Both the position numbers and the translations under genes were made by a program. The notes below the pieces were generated by a model. The model saw only the letters and a list, made by a program, of their open reading frames with translations, was not told the DNA's origin and searched no databases. A DNA stretch of 64,000 nt from an uncultured Alphaproteobacteria bacterium (GTDB taxonomy: Bacteria > Pseudomonadota > Alphaproteobacteria > Rhizobiales > Beijerinckiaceae): assembly GCA_963805295.1 (NCBI GenBank), contig CAWDTW010000055.1:55383-119382 (forward strand). The letters run 5' to 3'. This document shows positions 51,655 to 61,458 of this stretch, piece after piece. Position 1 is the first letter of the stretch. Each line of letters opens with the position of its first letter.

Positions 51655-53249
51655 GGCGCCGTCACCCGCGCGTGCAGGCGGCCGATCGCGTCGAGCGCCG
51701 AGAGGATCGCTCCCTCCTGCCAGGCGGGAATGTAGGAGGCGTGCTCGCCGGCCAGCACGATCCTTCCATCGATCCGGCAGAGGTCGTCGTAATGCGCGCG
51801 GCGCGCTTCGTCCGACCAATTGCCGGCGCAGCCCAGCGTGAAGGGCGCCCGATGCCAGGCGACGGCGACGCCGTTCTCGAACTCCGCCCGATATTGCGGG
51901 TGAACCTGTGCGCCGAATTCGACCGCGCGCTCGATGCGTTCGGCCGGGGACATGGCGGTGAATTCGTAGGCGTTCGCCCCGCCGAACAGGTAGCCGCCGA
52001 GCAGCACGCCCTTTCCTCCCGCGTTGAGCCCGCCGCTCGGATAGGAAATCTGGCGGATCGGCAGGTCGGTATAGGTGATCCCCCCGAAGATGTGCTCGTC
52101 CTCCTCCCAGAAGCGGCGCGAGAACTGCAGCCCGACCTTGACCGCGGCGGCATAGGGAACCGCGTCGATCGCAGCCTTCATCGGCGCCGATACGTCGATG
52201 GGAAGCTCGCTCAGGATGGAGAGCGGCAGCGTGCACACGCACCAGTCGGCTCTCACCTCCCGAAGTGCGCCGCCCGCGGAGAGGTCCTCGAAATGGACGC
52301 GGACGCCGGATTCGTCTTGGCCGATGTCCGTCACCTTTGCGCCGTAGCGGATCACGCCCGGCAACTGTCGCGCAAACGCTTCGCCGATCCGGCCCATTCC
52401 GCCGACCGGCTGAAACATGGTCGTCTGGAAGTCATAGATGAGAAAGTTCGCGAGGCCTCGCCAGAGGCGCGAGGTGAGGATATCCTGAATGCCGATCGGT
52501 TCGCCGTCGACCGGCGCTGCGCTCAAGCCCCCGCCCGGGTCTTTGGCGTAGCCGCGGTATGCAGCCGAATCCGCGCCGGCCCGGTAGCGAAAGTCCGAGT
52601 CGAGGGCGCCCAGATCGCGCAGCGCCTCGAGCAGGATTTCCTGGTCTTCCTTCGCAACCGCCTCGTCGAGCGCGCCTTTCCTGACCGCCTTGGCGAGAAG
52701 CTCGGACACGCCGCCGTCAAAATCGGCCTTGACCTCGCGGATGCGCTGCGGCTTTCCGCCGAACGCATTCGCCGAGTGCAGATAGGCGTTGTGGTTGAGC
52801 TGGATGAAGGGCTCGAGCGCGACGCCGAACCTGCGGCAATAGTCGAGGATGGCGTGGTGGTGGTAGGGGATTCGCCACGGTCCCGGATTGAAGTAGAGGC
52901 CCGCATCGAACGCGCAGCGCTGCGTCGCGCCGCCAAGCTCGGTGTAGACGTCGCCGCAGCGGATCGACCAGTTCCGCCCGCCGGGACGGTTGTTGTATTC
53001 GAGGACATGGACCTCGTAGCCGGCGCGGCCGAGTTCGATGGCCGCGGTCATCCCCGCGAGGCCCGCCCCGAGGATGACGACCGAAGCCCCTCTTGGATCA
53101 CCTTCCAGTCTGATCGGGCCGCGATACGGCGATTCCGCGGCGAAGCCGAGGCTCCGCATCGCCTCGAGCATCGTGGCCCCGCCGGCGCCCGCGCCGATGC
53201 GTCGAAGGAGCGCGCGTCGGGTCAGCGCGGGCGCCGCCGGGTCGCTCAT
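51651..53249 (-). CDS. Flavin monoamine / L-amino-acid oxidase family, Tat-like signal
   Basis: TRRALL, GAGLAG, RPGGR, NPGPWRIP, LAGEHASYIPAWQEGA. Confidence 0.92.
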   Translation of the reverse strand: MSDPAAPALTRRALLRRIGAGAGGATMLEAMRSLGFAAESPYRGPIRLEGDPRGASVVILGAGLAGMTAAIELGRAGYEVHVLEYNNRPGGRNWSIRCGDVYTELGGATQRCAFDAGLYFNPGPWRIPYHHHAILDYCRRFGVALEPFIQLNHNAYLHSANAFGGKPQRIREVKADFDGGVSELLAKAVRKGALDEAVAKEDQEILLEALRDLGALDSDFRYRAGADSAAYRGYAKDPGGGLSAAPVDGEPIGIQDILTSRLWRGLANFLIYDFQTTMFQPVGGMGRIGEAFARQLPGVIRYGAKVTDIGQDESGVRVHFEDLSAGGALREVRADWCVCTLPLSILSELPIDVSAPMKAAIDAVPYAAAVKVGLQFSRRFWEEDEHIFGGITYTDLPIRQISYPSGGLNAGGKGVLLGGYLFGGANAYEFTAMSPAERIERAVEFGAQVHPQYRAEFENGVAVAWHRAPFTLGCAGNWSDEARRAHYDDLCRIDGRIVLAGEHASYIPAWQEGAILSALDAIGRLHARVTAP

Positions 53250-53416
53250 GCCGCCGTTCCTCTTCACGCCTCGCCCGCGCTCGAGCCGACCGCCTCTAGA
53301 CGCGATCGCTGATCGCGTCGGCCGCGCTCACCGAGCGCGGCTACAGTTTCCCGGTCTTGCCCCAAACCGGCGGGCGGGGCAAGCTCGCGGGACAGAGCTG
53401 GTCATCCGGCGGCGCC

Positions 53417-53481
53417 GTCATTGCGAGGAGCGCAGCGACGAAGCAATCAGCGACGGGCGGGCTTCGCTGCGCTCGCAATGA
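53417..53481. repeat. REP/RIME-like palindrome
   Basis: GTCATTGCGAGGAGCGCAGCGACGAAGC...GCTTCGCTGCGCTCGCAATGA. Confidence 0.75.
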
Positions 53482-53495
53482 TCGCGGAGGTCCAA

Positions 53496-54239
53496 ATGCC
53501 GATTCGCCAGTTGGGGCGGCTCCTGTTCGCGCTCTGCCTCGCGGCCTCCGGCGCGATGGCCGAAACCCTGCCGCTGCCGGCGGGGCTCACCGATTTCCTC
53601 TCGCCGGACGGCGAGAAGTTTCTGTTCGAGAGCAACGCGCTCGAAGCCTATTTTCCGCTCTCGATCCACTTCGTCACGCAGCGGACCCAGGCCTATTGCG
53701 GCGTCGCCAGCATGGTCATGGTGCTCAACGCGCTGAACGTTCCGGCGCCGTCGACGCCGGCCTATCAGCCCTACCGCACCTTCACCCAGGACAACCTGCT
53801 CGACGACCGCACGGACGCCGTGCTGCCGCGCGACGTCCTGGCGCGGCAGGGCATGACGCTCGATCAGCTCGGCGCGCTGCTCGCGCTCCATCCCGTCGCC
53901 GTCGAAGTTCATCATGCCGCCGACGGCGGCCTCGACGCCTTTCGCGCCGAGGCCAGCGCCGCGCTCGCAAGCGGGGACCGTTTCGTCATCGTCAACTATC
54001 TGCGCAAGACGCTGGGACAGCAGATCGGCGGCCATATCTCGCCGCTCGCCGCTTATGACCAGAAGGCGGACAGGTTCCTCATCCTCGATGTCGCGCGCTA
54101 CAAATATCCGCCGGTGTGGGTCAAGGCGTCCGACCTGTTCGACGCCATGAATACGGCCGACGCATCCAACGGCGGCAAGACGCGCGGTTATGTCGTGGCG
54201 TCGAAAGCCGGAGCGGCCCCCGCCGGGGCGCCGAAATGA
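53496..54239 (+). CDS. Phytochelatin synthase family protein with signal peptide
   Basis: TQ....YCGVAS, GGHISPLAAYD, LILDVARYKYPPVWV (Cys-His-Asp triad). Confidence 0.92.
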   Translation: MPIRQLGRLLFALCLAASGAMAETLPLPAGLTDFLSPDGEKFLFESNALEAYFPLSIHFVTQRTQAYCGVASMVMVLNALNVPAPSTPAYQPYRTFTQDNLLDDRTDAVLPRDVLARQGMTLDQLGALLALHPVAVEVHHAADGGLDAFRAEASAALASGDRFVIVNYLRKTLGQQIGGHISPLAAYDQKADRFLILDVARYKYPPVWVKASDLFDAMNTADASNGGKTRGYVVASKAGAAPAGAPK

Positions 54240-54270
54240 TCCGGTTTCGTGACCCATTCAGCGGAGGATG

Positions 54271-54746
54271 CCCCCTTCTCCGCGAAGCGGGGAAGGTGGC
54301 CCGAAGGGCCGGATGGGGTGCGGAAAGCAGGAATGCGTCGATTGAGGTTAGCGGCGACAGTCATGCAATTGAACTATGATTTATGCAGTGGGCGGCGGAT
54401 TGCCGATTGTCATCGAACGCATTCGCGCGGCGCTTCAGGAGGCCTGAACCCCTTCTCCGCGGGTCGTTGAACGCAGCGGCCCATACCCCATCCGGCGCTC
54501 CGCGCCACCTTCCCCAGCCAAGCCTACGGCATTCACACAAGTCATCGAGCCTGCAGGCGGCCGGCGGGTCCCCCCCTTTTCCGCGAAGCGGGGAAGGCGC
54601 CGCGTAGCGGCGGATGGGGTGCGGAAAGCAGCTATGGATCGATGCAGCTTTGCGGTGACGGTCGTGCAATCTGACTTGGGCCGAAGCAGCGGGCCACACC
54701 CCATCCGGCGCTTCGCGCCACCTTCCCCAGCAAGCTGGGGAAGGGG
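54271..54746. repeat. Tandem REP-doublet (BIME/REPIN-like) cluster
   Basis: Two units, each starting CCC.T.TCCGCGAAGCGGGGAAGG..CGGATGGGGTGCGGAAAGCAG and closing with the inverted CCCCATCCGGCGCT.CGCGCCACCTTCCCCAGC. Confidence 0.8.
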
Positions 54747-54958
54747 TCCGCGCGGCGATGTGAGATGTGTGAATACTGTAGCAGCCAAGCTGGGGAAGGA
54801 TCGTCAGGGGGAGACGCGACCAATCTTCGCCTACGAAACGAATCGATTTCCGCGTATCGTGAACCAAGGCGCGCCATCGGGATCGAGACGGCGGCCGTCC
54901 GTCTCGCGTGAGCCGCCGTCTCGCCGGCGCGCCGACGAGGTTTTTGATGGAGCCGTAC

Positions 54959-55672
54959 ATGACCGATCATCCCGTCGCCACCCTGGACGAATGGCTTGCC
55001 GCCCGCAGGCTTTTGCTCGCCGAGGAGAAGGAACTCACCCGGCTGCGCGACGCATTGAGCCGCAGGCGGCGCGCCATGCCCTGGCTCAGGATCGACAAGG
55101 CTTACCGGTTCGACGGGCCGGAGGGCTCGAATCTCGCGCTCGCCGAGCTGTTCGGATCGCGCCGCCAGCTCATCGTCTATCACTTCATGTTCGCGCCCGA
55201 CTGGGAAGGCCCTTGCAGGAGCTGCTCGTTCTGGGCCGACGGCTATAACGGCGCCACGGCGCATCTCGCCGCCCGCGACACCCGGCTCGTCGCCGTCTCG
55301 CGCGCGCCGCTTGAAAAGCTCGAGGCGACCGCGAAGCGGATGGGCTGGACCTTTCCCTGGTATTCGTCGGGCGACGGCGACTTCAACTACGACTTCGACG
55401 TCTCGTTCCTTCCCGAATATACGGCGGGCGAGGGCTTGGTCCGCTACAACTTCGCCTCGATCGACACGAGAATGACCGACCTGCCCGGGATCAGCGCCTT
55501 CATCAAGGAGCCGACCGGGGCGGTCTATCGCACCTACTCGGCCTATGCGCGCGGCCTCGACATGCTGAACCCCGCTTATCAGCTGCTCGACCTCACCGCG
55601 CTCGGCCGCCAGGAGGACGACTTGCCCTCCCCGATGGCCTGGGTGAGGCTGCACGACGCATACGGACCCTGA
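54959..55672 (+). CDS. DUF899 family thioredoxin-like protein
   Basis: EEKELTR, QLIVYHFMF, CRSCSFWAD, KRMGWTFPWYSS, LLDLTALGRQE. Confidence 0.92.
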   Translation: MTDHPVATLDEWLAARRLLLAEEKELTRLRDALSRRRRAMPWLRIDKAYRFDGPEGSNLALAELFGSRRQLIVYHFMFAPDWEGPCRSCSFWADGYNGATAHLAARDTRLVAVSRAPLEKLEATAKRMGWTFPWYSSGDGDFNYDFDVSFLPEYTAGEGLVRYNFASIDTRMTDLPGISAFIKEPTGAVYRTYSAYARGLDMLNPAYQLLDLTALGRQEDDLPSPMAWVRLHDAYGP

Positions 55673-55782
55673 GCGCAAGACCAAATGTCGCAAGGGTGAT
55701 GGACTTTTCGCAATCCGCCTCTAGGCTAGGGCCGCGCTAGGGCCGCGCCCATTGCAGCGTCCGCATAGAAGGGACAATCGCG

Positions 55783-57181
55783 ATGCACTTGGACCCGGTG
55801 TTCCTGTCGCGGCTCCAGTTCGCCTGGGTCGTCGCGTGGCACTTCCTCCTGCCGGCGTTCACGGTGGGGCTCGCCTCGTTCATCACGCTGCTGGAAGGCC
55901 TGCATCTCGCCACCGGGCGCGAGATCTATTTCCGCATCTCGACCTTCTGGATCAAGATTTTCGCGGTGTCGTTCGGCATGGGGGTCGTGTCGGGCGTCAC
56001 CATGCCGTTCCAGTTCGGCACCAACTGGAGCCGCTTCTCCGACGACGCCGGCAACGTGCGTGTCGCCGCTGCTCGCCTATGAGGGACTGACGGCGTTCTT
56101 TCTGGAAGCCGCCTTCCTCGGGGTGCTGCTGTTCGGCCGCAAGCTGGTGCCGCGCTGGGCGCATTTCTTCGCCGCCCTGATGGTGGCGGTCGGCACGCTC
56201 GCCTCGACCTTCTGGATCCTCGCGACCAACAGCTGGATGCAGACGCCCGCGGGCTACACGATGGTCGACGGCCGCTTCATGCCGAAAGACTGGCTCGCGA
56301 TCGTCTTCAGCCCGTCCTCCCCCTATCGCTTGGCCCACACGGTCGACGCCATCTACATCACCGCCGGCTTCGTCGTGGTCGGCGTCGCCGCCTGGTATCT
56401 TCGGCGCGAACGCTTCGTCGAAGAGGCGCGCACGATGCTCTCGATGACGCTGTGGCTGCTCAGCGTGCTGGTTCCGCTGCAGATCTTTCTCGGCGATCAG
56501 CACGGCCTCAACACGCTCGAATACCAGCCGGCCAAGCTCGCCGCGATCGAGGCGATCTGGGACACCGAAAGCCGCGTGCCGCTGAACCTGTTCGTCATTC
56601 CCGACGACGCCGCGGCGACCAACCACGCCGTCATTTCGATCCCCGACCTCGGCAGCCTCATTCTCACCCATGACCCGAACGGGACGGTGCGCGGCCTCAA
56701 GGACTTCCCGGCCGACCAGCGCCCGCCGGTCGCCATTCCCTTCTTCGGCTTCCGCATCATGGTCGGGATCGGCCTCGTCATGCTGGCGATCGTCGTCGTG
56801 AGCTGGTGGCTGCGCTGGAAGGGAAAGCTGTTCGATTCGGGCTGGTTCCTCCGCCTCTGCGTGCTCGCGTCCCCGCTCGGCTTTTTCGCGGTCATCGCCG
56901 GGTGGGCGACGACGGAAGTCGGCCGTCAGCCCTGGACGGTCTACGGGCTTCTGCGCACCGCCGATTCGGTGTCGCCGTCGCTGACGGGGGCGGACGTCCT
57001 GGTTTCCTTCGCCGGCTACAGCGTCGTCTATATCGTCATGTTCGCCGCCGGGATCGCGCTCATGGTCAGGATCGTGCAGCGCGGCCCGGCCGCGCCGGAC
57101 GAGCCGGACGTCATCGAAAGCGGACGGCCGCAACTGCCGGTCGAAGCCCTGCCGCACGCCGAACCGGGGAGCGGAGCATGA
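55783..57181 (+). CDS. cydA: Cytochrome bd oxidase subunit I (short Q-loop/Cio-like); frameshift near 56058
   Basis: SRLQFA..H, FQFGTNW, YEGLTAFFLEA, NSWMQTPAG, QPAKLAAIE, TEVGRQPW. Confidence 0.93.
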
Positions 57182-58191
57182 ACGCGCCTGTTCTCGATTT
57201 CGTGCCGATCTGGACCCTCGTCCTCGGCGTCGGCGTCTTCCTCTACGTGCTGCTCGACGGCTTCGATCTCGGCGTCGGCATCCTCTACGGCTTTGCGCCC
57301 AATCGCGGGGCGCGCAATCTGGTGATGAACTCGATCGCGCCGGTCTGGGACGGCAACGAGACCTGGCTGGTGCTCGGCGGCGTCGCGCTGCTCGCCGCCT
57401 TCCCGCTCGCCTTCGCGATCATCCTGCCGGCGGTCTATTTCCCGATCATCGTCATGCTGCTCGCGCTCGTCTTCCGCGGCGTCGCCTTCGAATTCCGCTA
57501 CCGCGACGCCGAGCGCCGCACCTTCTGGGACTACGCGTTCTGCTTCGGCTCGGCGCTCGGCGCCTTTGCGCAGGGCGTCGTGCTCGGCGCCTTCATCCAG
57601 GGCTTTCAGACCGACGGACGCCATTTTTCCGGCGGTTCGCTCGACTGCTTCACCCCGTTCTCGCTGGTGACCGGCGTCGCGCTCGTGTTCGGCTATGCGC
57701 TCCTCGGCGCGGGATGGCTCATCCTGAAGACCGAGGGCCCGCTTCAGGACTGGGCGCGCGGGCTCGGGCGCGCGGCTTTCGCCGGCGTGCTGATCGCGAT
57801 TGTGGTCGTGAGCCTGTGGACGCCGTTCCTGCAGCCGGAGATCGCGCGTCGATGGTTCTCCTGGCCGAACATCGCGCTCCTGTCGCCGGTGCCGATCGTC
57901 ACCGCGCTGGTCGCATGGGCCGAGTGGCGCGCGCTGAACAACCGCTCGGAAGCCGCGCCGTTCATCTTCGCGGTCGGCCTCTTCGTCATGTCCTATCTCG
58001 GGATCGCCATCAGCCTCTTCCCGATGATCGTGCCCTACAAGTACACGATCTGGGACGCGGCCTCCTCGGAGTCGACGCAGGCCTTCCTGCTGGTCGGCAC
58101 GCTGTTCCTTCTGCCGATCATCCTCATGTACAGCGCGTGGTCCTACTGGGTCTTCCGCGGCAAGGTCAGGGCGGACATCGGGTACCACTGA
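57178..58191 (+). CDS. cydB: Cytochrome bd oxidase subunit II
   Basis: YVLLDGFDLGVGIL, APVWDGNETWLV, FRGVAFEFR, YWVFRGKV...GYH. Confidence 0.95.
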   Translation: MNAPVLDFVPIWTLVLGVGVFLYVLLDGFDLGVGILYGFAPNRGARNLVMNSIAPVWDGNETWLVLGGVALLAAFPLAFAIILPAVYFPIIVMLLALVFRGVAFEFRYRDAERRTFWDYAFCFGSALGAFAQGVVLGAFIQGFQTDGRHFSGGSLDCFTPFSLVTGVALVFGYALLGAGWLILKTEGPLQDWARGLGRAAFAGVLIAIVVVSLWTPFLQPEIARRWFSWPNIALLSPVPIVTALVAWAEWRALNNRSEAAPFIFAVGLFVMSYLGIAISLFPMIVPYKYTIWDAASSESTQAFLLVGTLFLLPIILMYSAWSYWVFRGKVRADIGYH

Positions 58192-58251
58192 GGCGAAGCG
58201 GCCGCCCGGATGACCGGACGGCCGCGGTATAATTTCTGGAAACGCAGACGC

Positions 58252-58623
58252 TTACGGCGCGATCTCGACGATCCGCCGCGTCGATGGTTCGACCAGGATC
58301 GGCGTGTTGTTGACGACGGTATATCTGTAGCGGGTCGCACTATATGCGCTCGGCGCCGGATAAAGCGCGACCCGGGCCGGCAAGACCTCGCCGACCACGA
58401 TGCGATGACCCGGCCACGTGTACGACGCAACGCGCTCCTGGGTCGCGTACTGGTGGGTTCCGGTCAGCCCGCCGAACATCCCGCCAAGCGCCGTCGCCGG
58501 CGCTTGGACGATCGCGCCGGCGGCGTTGCCGAGGGTGTTGGCCGGATTGTTCTGCTGCTCCTGCGCAAAAGCCGCGGCGGGCAAACCCGCCAACAAGACC
58601 GCAAATACCAGGGCTCTGGACAT
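58252..58623 (-). CDS. Secreted DUF1236-like protein
   Basis: Signal peptide, VVGEVLP, YRYTVVNNTPILVEPSTRRIVEI. Confidence 0.8.
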   Translation of the reverse strand: MSRALVFAVLLAGLPAAAFAQEQQNNPANTLGNAAGAIVQAPATALGGMFGGLTGTHQYATQERVASYTWPGHRIVVGEVLPARVALYPAPSAYSATRYRYTVVNNTPILVEPSTRRIVEIAP

Positions 58624-58808
58624 GTTTCCCTCCTCAAACCTGCCAGCCGGCGTTAGCCGGCGACGAACACTTAACGACTCAGGACGCGATCGGTTCCCAC
58701 CCCCGTCGAGCGCCTCGAAGAGATGCGCCGGTCAAGCCGTGCCCGCCCCGCATTGCGCGCCGCCCGCAAACGTCCGACAATGCGCGGGCTTCAGGAGCCG
58801 CGTGTCCC

Positions 58809-60042
58809 ATGGCCGAGTCCAGCCCCGTGTTCGATGTCGTCATCGCCGGCGGGGCGGCTTCCGGTCTCGCGCTGGCGGCGGCGGTCAAACAGGCGCTCGG
58901 GGCCGGGGTTTCGATCGCTGTCGTCGATCCGGCGCCCCCGTCGACCGCCGACGCGGCGCATCCGCCTTTGCGCACGGTCGCGATCGCCGAAGGTCCGCGG
59001 CGGCTGCTCGAACGCATCGGCGCCTGGGCGGCGATTGAGCCCAAGGCGCAAGCCATCCTCACGATGGAGATCATGGACGGGGGCGTGCGCGACGCGGTTC
59101 GGCTCCCGCATCTGCATTTCGAGTCTAAGGGTGACGGGCCGCTCGCCCACATGGCGTTCAACGACGACGTCGCCGCCGCCCTCTCGGCGCTTTGCGACCG
59201 CCTCGGGATGACGCGCATCGCGGCCTCGGTCGCGCGCTGGCGCCCCAGCAGGCGCGTCGCCGAACTTTCGCTGTCCGACGGCCGCACGCTCCGCGCGCGC
59301 CTCGCGGTCGCCGCCGACGGCGCGCGTTCGAAGCTGCGGACGCTCGCCGAAATCGCGTCGTTCGGGTGGGACTACGACCAGTCCGGGATCGTGGCGACCA
59401 TCGAGCACGAGCGCGACCACGAAGGCCGCGCCGAGCAGCATTTCCTGCCCGCGGGCCCCTTCGCCATCCTGCCGCTGCCCGGCAACCAGTCGAGCATCGT
59501 CTGGAACGAACGGCGCGCCGACGCGCGCGCGCTTCTCGCGCTCGCCCCGGCCGACCTCGTGCGCCAGCTCGAACTCCGGTTCACCCCGAAGCTCGGCGAG
59601 ATCCGGCTCGCCTCGCGGATCGAGGCGTTTCCGTTCCGCTTCCAGATCGCGCGCCGCTTCGTCAGCGAACGGCTGGCGCTCGTCGGCGACGCGGCCCATG
59701 TCGTCCACCCGATCGCGGGCCAGGGGCTCAACCTGGCCTTACGCGACGTCGCAGCGCTCGCCGAAACGATCGTCGGCGAGATGCGGCTCGGCCTCGATCC
59801 CGGCGCACCGGCGCCGCTAGCCGCCTACCAGCGCCTGCGCCGCTTCGACGTCGCCGCGAGCGGCATGGGCATGGACGTCATGAACCGCCTCTTCTCCAAC
59901 GACTTCGGCCCCTTGCGCATCGTCCGCGATCTGGGACTGCAAAATCGTCGACCGCGCGCCGGCGCTCAAAGACATGCTCATTCTCGAGGCCGGCGGCGCG
60001 GGACGCGGCGCGCCGAAGCTCTTGCGCGGCCTCGCGCTGTGA
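58809..60042 (+). CDS. UbiH/UbiL-family FAD-dependent ubiquinone hydroxylase; frameshift near 59943
   Basis: DVVIAGG, AADGARS, FLPAGPFAILPL, LVGDAAHVVHPIAGQGLNL; native tail PKLLRGLAL* in the shifted frame. Confidence 0.88.
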
Positions 60043-61178
60043 GCGGGAGCTTCAGCGCGCGCACGCTCGCCGCCCAGGCTCTGGGCAGGATCGACGAGGA
60101 GACGCGCGCGCTCGTCAAGCCGATCTGCGTCTCGTCGACCTTCATCCGCGACCCCGACAACCTCTATCGCAGCGGCAACAGCTACGGCCGCCCCGACAAC
60201 GAGACGGTGCGCGAGGCGGAGTCGGTTATCGGCGCGCTCGAGGGCGCGAATGCGACGCTCGCTTTCGGCTCGGGCATGTCGGCGGCGGTGGCGCTTTTCC
60301 TGTCGCTCGGGCCCGCCGCGCATGTCGTCGCGCCGCTCGCGATGTACTATGGTGTGCGCACCTGGCTCGCCAACGAAGCGCCGGCGCTCGGGCTTCACGT
60401 CGATTTCGCCGACGCCGAGGATCTGGCCGCGATCGGGCGCGCCATCAAGCCGGGCGCGACAAAACTCGTCTGGCTCGAGACGCCGAGCAATCCGCTTTGG
60501 GGGATCAGCGACATCGAAGGCGCAGCGCAGATCGCCCATGCGGCGGGCGCTTTCCTCGCCGTCGACTCGACATGCGCCACGCCGATCTTCACGCAACCCA
60601 TCGCGCTCGGCGCCGACGTCGTCATGCATTCGGCGACGAAATACCTCAACGGCCATTCCGACGTGGTGGCCGGCGCGCTTCTCTTCGCCCGCGGCGACGG
60701 GCTCTTCGAGCGCGCGCGCGACATCCGCAAGGCGCACGGCCTCATCCTGCATCCGTTCGAGGCGTTCCTTTTGACGCGGGGCCTCCGAACGCTCGATCTG
60801 CGGGTGCGCGCCGCGGCGGCCAACGCGATGGAGCTTGCAAGCCGCCTCTCCGATCACGCCGCCGTCTCGGCCGTGCTCTATCCCGGACTGCCGCATCATC
60901 CCGGACACGCGGTCGCGCGGCGGCAGATGCAGGGCGGATTCGGCGGCATGCTGTCGATCCGCGTCCGGGGCGGCGCGGAGGCCGCGGTCGCGGCGGCGGC
61001 GCGGGCGGCTCTATGGAAGCGCGCGACTTCGCTCGGCGGCGTCGAGTCGCTCATCGAGCACCGCGCCTCGATCGAAGGCGCGGGCTCCCCCTGCCCGCCC
61101 GACCTCCTGCGCCTTTCGGCGGGAATCGAAGACGTCGAGGATTTGTGGCGCGACCTCGACCGCGCGCTGACGGCCTGA
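60039..61178 (+). CDS. Cys/Met metabolism PLP enzyme (cystathionine gamma-synthase/lyase family)
   Basis: FGSGMSA, WLETPSNP, VDST, HSATKYLNGHSD, ATSLGGVESL, LRLSAGIED. Confidence 0.92.
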   Translation: MSGSFSARTLAAQALGRIDEETRALVKPICVSSTFIRDPDNLYRSGNSYGRPDNETVREAESVIGALEGANATLAFGSGMSAAVALFLSLGPAAHVVAPLAMYYGVRTWLANEAPALGLHVDFADAEDLAAIGRAIKPGATKLVWLETPSNPLWGISDIEGAAQIAHAAGAFLAVDSTCATPIFTQPIALGADVVMHSATKYLNGHSDVVAGALLFARGDGLFERARDIRKAHGLILHPFEAFLLTRGLRTLDLRVRAAAANAMELASRLSDHAAVSAVLYPGLPHHPGHAVARRQMQGGFGGMLSIRVRGGAEAAVAAAARAALWKRATSLGGVESLIEHRASIEGAGSPCPPDLLRLSAGIEDVEDLWRDLDRALTA

Positions 61179-61458
61179 ACCGGCGATTGAGCGCTCCGGC
61201 AATCGCCGCGCCGGAGCCACAGTGTCGTCGCAAACGACGGGCAGGCACGTCGAAGCGTTCAAGAATCATTCAGCCGCGGCGTGGTTGTTTGCGCGGGGCC
61301 ACCGAAGACGAAAGGCGCATAGACCAGAGGCCGGCGGGGCGCTGACGGGGCTCATAACCGAATTGTGGAACTCGATTGCGCGCCTCCATTGGGCCGCCGC
61401 CTTCGTCATGTTTCGCTCGAGGCCGCCTTGCGACGGCAAGTTTGGAAAGGATGCTTGC

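Noticed and set aside
54271-54746. Possible CRISPR array or protein-coding ORFs
   Set aside because: The repeats alternate in orientation with long related spacers, and the ORFs merely translate REP palindromes.
58344-61178. 944-aa apparent fusion of a Ubi hydroxylase and a PLP cystathionine enzyme
   Set aside because: A single indel near the A-run at 59941-59944 joins the frames; the hydroxylase's own C-terminus and stop (60042) and a GTGA overlap start (60039) are present.
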